From Macrostomum lignano (Eukaryota), in contig NIVC01001208.1 in the NCBI GenBank assembly GCA_002269645.1, positions 137,444 through 201,443 of the forward strand: DNA of 64,000 bases. Reading direction: 5' to 3'. This document shows positions 45,301 through 54,100 of the stretch, in pieces. The notes beneath the pieces were generated by a model. The model saw only the letters and a program-made list of their open reading frames with translations, was not told the DNA's origin and did no database searches. Within the stretch, counting starts at the first letter, position 1, and every line of letters begins with the position of its first letter. Position numbers and translations under genes: made by a program.

Positions 45301-45462
45301 CGAGGTCAAGCGCGAACTCGGCGTTATGTCGACTGTCTGCTGGCTGACGCCGGCGCCCCGGACACTGCCGGTGGCGCGGCCTTTGTTCGCGCCCAAGCCA
45401 TGAAGCGCGCCCTGTGACGCTGACTTTTACCATCATGACAGCGTATTTTGTTGTTGTTGTTG
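42364..45462 (+). mobile_element. RTE-clade non-LTR retrotransposon, young copy
   Basis: 10-bp TSD TATGGTCTGA at 42354-42363 and 45463-45472, (TTG)n tail, single EN-RT ORF and no C-terminal zinc knuckle. Confidence 0.92.
42550..45417 (+). CDS. Retrotransposon apurinic-like endonuclease / reverse transcriptase polyprotein (955 aa)
   Basis: EN motifs GTLNCRTL, LQE, AYAP, GDLNA, LDHVL, SDH; RT motifs RGICL, EQNGFRP, FIDFKKAFDSV, GVLQGDTLAPFLF, YADD. No stops or frameshifts. Confidence 0.93.
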   Translation: MLRVGTLNCRTLKAAWRRGVLAKLAYDLSCDIISLQEVPIKADPGLHCEDLGAGWTLYYTSADQRGRGGVGALIGPRLQQSCRCVSLSPRLLRIDVRLRGRNARLFCAYAPPATRPDEAQEFFEQLSAQVEATAQRDTAVALGDLNAVLRRSERSLFVTPRGNNNTEALEDFLERQDMVSANTRFRKPLSGLATFVGCKRRRRNARGRNATRRQAQLDHVLVRFRERRRAVNCRTITPLALRSDHRLLICDLNLRDPLYRPPKRPPRRYYRALRATDTQRRFASAFNTALGDKRGSAEYAIVCAAVRTAAEQAVPMMQPAQRGQPVWQDDPAIQAAREDLEKLRLSRRPTREAEAALAAVYLQRQQAAVDDAIQAVYAAGPDARGRVAWSAINALTGRKRRNPLNLAGDTPDERRNELREFFAAIVNAPPPPLPDSLTLPPETPLPAEESFSVAPVNAADVVKLAQQSPGGKALGLDEVPIEAMRIPCVAAEVARVMNRVLFGEAAPNEWTTAHIVAVPKKPGTTRLEDHRGICLQSCAAKLFNRMLLSRLQPVLDPYLRPEQNGFRPHRGTVAQILALRRVIEEARIRQSILILIFIDFKKAFDSVVRAVLPMVLRAYNVPEQLISAVMAMYRDTTAAVTTLDGLSDSFETSSGVLQGDTLAPFLFVLVLDWVLRTALPTDDDGFLLQRRVGQRQPEKRLSVLGYADDLALLSSTVEGAQRQLDRLVAVAASVGLVVNTQKTVVLCVPDDIEAAIFCRGADGQATELPRCQQFIYLGGLVPDAREDLRRRRGLAWAAFRSVRAVLQSEALPDRQRAALFQAVIETVLLYNAETWTLTDSLEQQVDAAHAGLLRAAFNIGVERVTNAALYRRAGLPRPSDLLRRRRLQLAGHLIRAESYCPQPVQEVLLLTLQAPYRRGQARTRRYVDCLLADAGAPDTAGGAAFVRAQAMKRAL

Positions 45463-45639
45463 TATGGTCTGAACTCAACTGGTTAATGTCTTAAATACTC
45501 TCCCCATACACGGTTTTAGCCATAGACAATCGTGAAAGCGTGGGTTGAATATGGTTAGTCCTAGCCGTGTCTTATATTCAATGGATCTCCCCATACACGG
45601 TTATGGCCATAGACTATCGTCGAAGCGGTGGGTTGAATA

Positions 45640-46028
45640 CATGGATGAATGAATAGAATGGATTGCTATTCTGGCTCTGGCTATTTTCGTTTTTGACTCT
45701 TTTGCATCCGGTTCCCCCCGTGCCTTTTCATTGGTTGATGATTGCCATAGACAATTTTCGGCCTTCGCCCCTTTCTTTCGATGCACAAGCGCAAAGAACT
45801 GATTTTATTGTAGACGAATCGACTCTCGAATCGTGCTTGTAGGTCTTCCCCCTTTATTTCAAAACACGAGCGAAAGCGCTTGTGCATCGAAAGAAAGGGG
45901 CGAAGGCCGAAAATTGTCTATGGCAATCATCAACCAATGAAAGGCACGGGGGGGAACCGGATGCAAAAGAGTCAAAAACGAAAATAGCCAGAGCCAGAAT
46001 AGCAATCCATTCTATTCATTCATCCATG
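45640..46028. mobile_element. Foldback MITE, hAT-like by TSD length
   Basis: Near-perfect 153-bp inverted arms 45640-45792 and 45876-46028 with an 83-bp spacer. Ends CATGGATG...CATCCATG; 8-bp TSD GTTGAATA at 45632-45639 and 46029-46036. Confidence 0.85.
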
Positions 46029-46289
46029 GTTGAATATGGCCATGTCTTAAATTGAATGCTTACCCAATACACGGTTTTGCCCATTGACATTCTCAGCGGG
46101 CGGTCTGTCTGCTGTGCGTTCCAGCTTCGACATATTCAGGCATAGCAACTTAACACGCATTGAATGCATGCAACATGTATGAATTAAGCTTTCGTCGTAA
46201 TACCAAAGATCAGAATTATCTCTATATGACCAAATCCAAAGGTCTAATATAAATGAGCAATCTACTCAACTCGTAGTTCTACTGGCTAT

Positions 46290-47289
46290 TCAGGCAATAA
46301 CAGTTTTATCCTTAGTCCAAACGGTGCACCCAGCGCAGTAGTGAGTTCCGATGAGCACGATGGCGCCAATTGAGACAGCAAATGCTGGCCAGATGGCGCA
46401 GTGCTTAGCCTGCTCTTTTGTGTAGATCTTAGTGAGCAGCACCGATCTCTTGGGGTCAGTGTTGTCGTCACCTCGATAATAGCAGGTGAAGTTTCTTCTA
46501 TGCCTCAGGGTGCGAATGTAGCGCTGGGTCATCTCTACGTTCTCCGTTGGCTCTGGCAGACAGGGCGAGGAACTGCAGCCCTCCTGATTGGGGCGGAGTT
46601 GAGGGGTAGGAAAATTCAAACGACCTGAATGTACATTTAGGGGTAGAGGGAGGCCAGAAGTGTACAGTAAGGGTTTGAAATAGCTCATATGTACAGCGAA
46701 AGGCAGAGATCGAGAGACCGATGATGCGCAGTGAAGTTTGGAAAGGGAATGTATGTACATTTGGAAAGAATGATGATGTACAGTGAAGGGCAGAAGGGAA
46801 TGTACATAGATAAAGGGCAGAGAGACGCACCGTAATGTGCTCATTGAAGAGGGTGTTTCTGTTCATTCGGAGGAAGGTTTTTAGAAAGATAGTGACCTGA
46901 GTATGTACAACAGTTTGGCTGAAATTATTCGTTTGTACACACACCTCGTACACGTCGGAAAACGTCAAGTAGTTCTCAAACAGAGTTCCAGCTGTTGACA
47001 GACCAGACACGTTGACCCGAACAACGTAGCATGGGAATCTGCACTTCTCCTTCTTGCACAAGTAGCCATAGCTTTCCCGTTGGTTGCGCATGCAATAGTG
47101 CAAATCTTCGCCAAGATATTCGCAGCTGGTCGGTTGAAATTGCGACTCGCGATAGTACGGCAATATGATGAGATAGGCAAGGATGCTGGACACTATTAAA
47201 CCGCAGGCGATCAACGATACGCAGGTGAGGAATACAATCTTTGCCAAGCCGATGACGTTGCAAAGTTTGTGGCATCTGCGTAAAGCCAT
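46290..47289 (-). CDS. BK channel beta-subunit-like (KCNMB/CaKB-like) protein C, ~212 aa; close paralogue of B
   Basis: Exons 47289..46945 and 46583..46290 (phase 0). Same MALRRCH start, FPCYVVRVN, CSSSPC, NFTCY, and a C-terminus nearly identical to gene B. Confidence 0.85.
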
Positions 47290-47499
47290 GACGAAACACT
47301 TAAAGGGAATCTTTGGTTAGAGCGCTGTTCTCGTGTGGACTTGCTTTATACTATTTGAATATGCATTGTGCGAACATGGTTGGCTGGCTGGCAAATGGAA
47401 GCCTTCAGCTGGGCCCAGTCTGCTGCATTGCGGCATTGAGATTTACATTTCTGGCGGGGTGATTCTGAAACCAGTCTGATATTGGTGGCCATTTTTGGC

Positions 47500-47830
47500 T
47501 GTATATTTAGGGCGAGGCGATTCTTGGGGGGTTGATTTGGGATGATTCTTGAGGGGTTGATTTGGAGGTAATTCTTGAGGGATGGATTTAGCGGTGATTC
47601 TTGAAGGGTTGATTTGGGGCGATTCCTGATGGGTGGATTTGGGGCGATTCCTGATGGGTGGATTTGGGGCGATTCCTGATGGGTGGATTTGGGGCGATTC
47701 CTGATGGGTGGATTTGGGGCGATTCTGATGGGTGGATTTGGGGCGATTCCTGATGGGTGGATTTGGGGCGATTCGGGATGGGTAGATTTGGGGCGATTCC
47801 TGAGGGGTAGATTTTGAATTGTTGCTAGCA
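47500..47830. repeat. 25-bp minisatellite (GATTTGGGGCGATTCCTGATGGGTG)
   Basis: Tandem copies upstream of KCNMB-like C. Confidence 0.8.
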
Positions 47831-48905
47831 GGGGTAGATTTGGGGCAATTCTTAAAAGGTAAGGGGTAGATTTGGAGTTGATGCTAAGTGGTAGGTTTTA
47901 AGCGATTCTCTCCAAGTTTAAAGGAAGTTTTGATGCTACATGTACATATTAGGACAAAGAACCCACTTTCAGGCGCTTTTCATGAAGTTTCTGATAGCTT
48001 GTGATAGCTCATACTTCGTATTTGTCTTGCGTGATTGGAAATACAAATAGTTCCTCCCTCCAAAGTTCCAACAGTGTCACAATCTGATCTGTCTGAGGAA
48101 TCTGCTGTCCGCCAATAATCTCCTCCAGAAATTGCATTGGACGACTCGTCACTTCTCAGTTTCGCTTCCCGAATGCCTAGTAAATCCGCCGACAAAGTTG
48201 AGTTGGTAATTCCTAATTATCCGCAGGATCATGTGGGGCAGAGTTTTCGCATTTTCCCCAGCTTATGCGCGTGTTTAGTAAAAGAATAAGAAAACTTACT
48301 GTATCAGAATTCAGCACCATATGGTTCCCTATATGATATTACATATGTATTGTTGCTGACTCCACACTTGACTGCTCACGATTTAGGTTAGGGCTAGGGT
48401 TTATGTTGTTTTAGTAAAAAATTAGGGCTGGTAGTCAATTGTTTGCAGTCAAAAGGGATTGGGAGTCAAACGTCACAGACAGTTTTTGACAACTTCACTT
48501 TAATTGCAGCAAACAATCTATTGACTTTTTAGAGGCATGGATTCGTAAAGTGCAAAACCATCTGCAAGAACAAGTACAGTTTAAGTAACTTTCGATACAT
48601 ATCGGATAATTTTTAGAATATTAAAATCTAACAATTTTTTGTGAATTTAAATGTGAACTTTTTATCTCTTTCGATACATATCGGCTAATCGCTACTACAA
48701 TAGTGCTTTATTGACATAAAATAAAAAGAAAGGGCATTTAATCCTTTTATCGTAAAATCACGCCGACTTGTTTGGCTATGCAATTTTTATTTTAAATAAT
48801 CAATTAATATATTAAAGTACAATGTAATAGCATAATTGAAATTGGTATAGCCTTATGCTATTCAATGCAGACAAGCACAAACGGGGTGAAATTAAACAAA
48901 GGTGA

Positions 48906-48960
<55 letters not shown>

Positions 48961-50204
48961 GTAACTCAGTCACCGAATGACCATCCGAGTCCCCACTCTC
49001 CTCGGCATCGCCTTATTTTAGTCGACTAGTCCATTTTTTGTTTTTACCCTACTAAATTAGTAGGAAAACGCAAACTGTGCTACTGATAGTACGAGTGTCG
49101 GTTATTATTGTCAATATTCATTCGAATGGCAGATGTATGAATAATTTAGCAGCCAAAAATGTGTAGAGATGCTGATGATTTCAGCCCAAATAAATTTGGG
49201 GTTGCAAGGAGACGGTGCTAATAATTATGAATATTGCATTCGCTTTAATGGAGGTGCTTTATTAAATTTACAATCTAGTAAAAATAATAGTAAAAACAAT
49301 CGATATTATATAAGATCAAACTCAAACAGAGAGCAGTAAAGCAAAATAAGCAAAGTTAGACTTTAATCTATTCGCTATTTAAGCCTTTCTTAAAATAGCA
49401 AATCGGCGAAATTAAAGCCAGGGTAAAATTTCAACTAAAAATTGGTTATGCGGCAACAAAACACACTAATATAACAAATTTATGAGCGCTTCAACACCGG
49501 AAAATAGGTCGAAAATAGAGAATGTATCGTTTTTTATACTAGCAGTAGCATCGTTGGTTTTTTTATCGATGCATAATTGGACTTTATTTCCGAAGAATGA
49601 ATGCAACCAGAAATTAGGAATCACAGTTTAGGATTATTGAAAATCTGAACTTTTTTAATAATAAAAAGTAAACTTAAATTTAAACCCTAAAATACAAATA
49701 CAACAAACAAAAGTCAATAGAGTACAATTTAGAAACACAACACAAAATTATTTGCACTAACGACGCCATGTAAATATCGTAGGAGCACTAACTAACAAGT
49801 ATAATACAACTAAATTTAATATTGTACAGGTTCAGAGCAAAGACTCGACACAGTAAATAAAACGAATAACTTGAGAAAACGTGCAACAAAGCTGTTATTA
49901 CTATCATTATTATTAAATCATTAGTAAGTAAGTACAAGAGATTCAATGAAATAAATAACTTTCTAGACGGCATACGAAAAAAATAGCCAATGACATTCGC
50001 TACAGTACAGATAGATATAAACGGTTAAGGAGAATGTCACGCACTGATTTCTACAAGTTTTATGCATAGAAAAGCAAAGTGTGGAAAGATGATAAACATA
50101 AACGAAATAGACGTTTAATATAATGAAGGATATGGAGCAATGCGTAAGTACTAGGAGCTCGCACAAACCCTCTTAAAATTTTGCAGCGAGAAACTGGCTT
50201 TAGT

Positions 50205-50540
50205 AAAATGTACACTCGATTTCTAAAAATAGCCACATGCTCCCTCCAGCCCAGTCAAAATCTCTACCCCGTCTAGATGTACACCCGATTTCTAAAATTT
50301 CTAAAAATAGCTACATGCTCCCTCCAGCCCAGTCAAAAGCTCTACCCCGTCTAGATGTACACCCGATTTCTAAAAATAGCCACATGCTCCCTCCAGCCCA
50401 GTCAAAATCTCTACCCCGTCTAGATGTACACCCGATTTCTAAAAATAGCTACATGCTCCCTCCAGCCCAGTCAAAAGCTCTATCCCGTCTAGATGTACCC
50501 CGGTTCTAAAAATAGCCCACATGCTCTCCCAGCCATGACT
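50205..50540. repeat. ~69-bp tandem repeat (TCTAGATGTACACCCGATTTCTAAAAATAGCCACATGCTCCCTCCAGCCCAGTCAAAA..)
   Basis: About 4-5 copies 3' of RIM-BP. Confidence 0.85.
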
Positions 50541-50821
50541 CTACCCAGCCTTGATGTAGCTCGTATATCCAATGTAAAAACAACCCACATGCTCCAGCTC
50601 AGCGAAAAATTCTATTGAATACTTTGCCTGGATGTACACCTGATTTTTTAAAAACAGTCTACTTGCTCCAGCGCACAGACAGTTAGATACATTACCTCTT
50701 CCAGAAATGTACACCTCGTATAAAAATTGCATCAACACAGAAGCGAAATAAATATACATCATGGTCATCTAGCAAACCGATATCCTGGCACAAGATATAC
50801 GAAACTAAAAAAGCAGCAAAA

Positions 50822-51098
50822 TCAGGACTCCTCTTGCAGGAAATTGCTCGGCACGAGACCCTCGGCACCATTTCGTTCTAACCGGCCCATTAGAAAGCCG
50901 TCGTCGTCCATTGGTCCCAGTGCGATGATCACGTCGCCAGCGACAAAGCTGAGCTCCATATCGGAGTCAACATTGGGGCTAAGCTCCTTGGGATCGTAGT
51001 CGTATAAAGCTACAAGTCGGCGAAGCGGCGTTGCACCATTTGCTGCTGACGAGGACGGTTGCTGCTGTTGCTGCTGATGGAGTTGCTGCTGCTGCTGC

Positions 51099-51133
<35 letters not shown>

Positions 51134-54100
51134 TTGTTGCGACAGAAGCAGATCCAGTTGGCTCGGATCGTCAATTTGTCCAACAGGAACTTCGTTCACC
51201 ATATTATAGGGGATCAGACCCGTGCGACCGTTGCATTCGCCGTGGTAAAATCCGTCTTCATCTCGGTCGCCCCACACCTTCATCAGCTGACCTTCCTGCG
51301 GTGGGGAAAGGAAATGGAAGAAAAAAATTGAGGAAAATCTCACATTGATCACCCCCCTGAGTCACTGCCATTCCCTCCTTGATCCTCCACTGAGTCACCG
51401 CCATTCCCTCCTTGATCCTCCACTGAGTCACCGCCATTCCCTCCTTGATCCTCCACTGAGTCACCGCCATTCCCTCCTTGATCCTCCACTGAGTCACCGC
51501 CATTCCCTCCTTGATCCTCCGCTGAGTCACCGCCATTCCCTCCTTGATCCCGACACCCACAGCCCTTGAGCACACCCCAGCACAGCGAATTCAACCAACC
51601 TTAAACGGCAACTCCTCTTGAATGGCATCCGGGTTCGGGCTCATTGTGGCGGGATCATAGTCGAATAGGGCAACAAAAATCCTGGATATCCCGGATGGAG
51701 CAGCTCGCTGTTGCTGCTGCGGTTGCTGCTGCTGTTGCATATGCGGCTGCTGCTGCGGCTGCTCAGGCTCCGGCATTTCAAATGACGACTCCTGCTGCTG
51801 ACTGGGATGCCGCCTTTGCCGGCCTGCTCGATCCCTGCTCCCAGCTTGATGATGATGGTGCTGCTGCTGCTGCTGCTGCTGAGGCGGCGCCGGCGGAGGC
51901 GGAGGCGGCGGCGAGTCAGACCGGTGGCCACTTTGTCGGCGACTTCGCGATCCTCCGCCTCCGCCGCCACCGCCGCCGCCGCCGCCTGCCGCCGCCGATG
52001 ACTGCCTGGCCTGATGCCGGCCGTGATGGTACGGCTCGCCTCGCCTGCCACCGTAGTGCCGGTCCCGCTGCTGCTGGTAGCGGTCCCGGTCCCGATCCCG
52101 ATCCCGGTCCCGATCCCGGTCCCGATCCCGGTCCCGATCCCGGTCCCGATCCCGATCCCAGCCGGAGCCGCGACCGCCGCGTCTGCCGCTGTCGTAGGGA
52201 TGCGTGACGTCATCGCTGATGATCTCGTCCTCCTCGGGCATGTACTCCTCTTCGGCGTCGGAATAGGGCAGGTCCTCGTTGGTGACGTCTGGAGGGTTGG
52301 CAGTCAGTTCTATGCTTGAGCGATTTCCGATGCATATCGTTGCAATAAGCTTAGTGAAATAAGACAACTGGCACTCTGATCCTGGCTTCTGTCATATGAC
52401 TCCATGTCCCTGTCATATGACTCCATGTCCCTGTCATATGACTCCATGTCCCTGTCATATGACTCCATGTCCCTGTCATTTGACTCCATGTCCCTGTCAT
52501 ATGACTCCATGTCCCTGTCATATGACTCCATGTCCCTGTCATTTGACTCCATGTCCCTGTCATTTGACTCCATGTCCCTGTCATTTGACTCCATGTCCCT
52601 GTCATTTGACTCCATGTCCCTGTCATATGACTCCATGTCCCTGTCATATGACTCCATGTCCCTGTCATTTGACTCCATGTCCCTGTCATATGACTTCATA
52701 TGATCTCCTTAATCCCTGTCACTCTCATCTCACTAATCCCTTACACTCTGATCTCCTTAATCCTTGTCACTTTCATCTCACTAATCCCTGTCACTCTCAT
52801 CTCACTAATCCCTGTCACACTCATCTCACTAATCCCTGTCACACTGATCTCACTAATCCCTGTCACTCTGATCTCACTAATTCCTGTCACTCCGATCTCC
52901 TTAATCCCTGTCACTCTGTTCTCACTAATCCCTGTCACTCTGATCTCACTAATCCCTGTCACTCTGATCTCCCTAATCCCTGTCACTCTGATCTCACTAA
53001 TCGCTGTCACACTGATCTCCCTAATCCCTGTCACACTGATCTCCCTAATCCCTGTCACTCTGATCTCACTAATCCCTGTCACACTGATCTCCCTAATCCC
53101 TGTCACTCTGACTCCCTAATCCCTGTCACTCTGATCTCCCTAATCCCTATCACTCTGATCTCCCTAATCCCTGCCACTCTGATCTCACTAATCCCTGTCA
53201 CTCTGATCTCCCTAATCCCTGTCACACTGATCTCCCTAATCCCTGTCACTCTGATCTCCCTAATCCCTGTCACTCTGATCTCCCTAATCCCTGTCACTCT
53301 GACTCCCTAATCCCTGTCACTCTGATCTCCCTAATCCCTGTCACTCTGACTCCCTAATCCCTGTCACTCTGACTCCCTAATCCCTGTCACTCTGATCTCC
53401 TTAATCCCTGTCACTCTGATCTCACTAATCCCTGTCACTCTGATCTCCCTAATCCCTGTCACTCTGATCTCCCTAATCCCTGTCACTCTGATCTCACTAA
53501 TCCCTGTCACTCTGATCTCACTAATCCCTGTCACTCTGATCTCCCTAATCCCTGTCACTCTGACTCCCTAATCCCTGTCAGTCTGACTCCCTAATCCCTG
53601 TCACTCTGTACCTCTGTCCCTGTACCCGCCCTGTCACTCTGTCCCTGTACCCGCCCGAAAGACAAGAGAAAGAAAGCAAGAACTCACGAATTTCAGGTAC
53701 AGAAACATTCTTTGACAGCCGTTTGTGACCTTGTCTGTAGGCTCTGTAATCTTCTGTAGGCGATTTGCCAACCTGGAATAAAAAAAAACAATTTCATATA
53801 ATATCAAATAAATGAAATGAAATGAAATAACTAAATTAAACAGGACAAGAAAAGTAAATCACTGAACAACACCAAGTAGAAAAACGAATTATAAGAATAA
53901 AAATGACTACAAGCCAACCAACGCCACACTGAAGCCGTCACCATGATAGAAAATTTATTTATCAAGTGCCATAAAACAGGTTCCTTGCCACCTCAACACG
54001 AAAGCTCCACCTCAGCTGGAGCCTTCGCCTCCTCCGGCGAGGTTCTTCGGGTCCAGCTTCTTGAACATGCTCGCCGTGCCCTCGCCGAACGCTTCAAATC

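Noticed and set aside
47980-48195. 71-aa minus-strand ORF between KCNMB-like C and RIM-BP
   Set aside because: No recognisable homology or convincing splice context; RIM-BP already has a stop codon at 50822.
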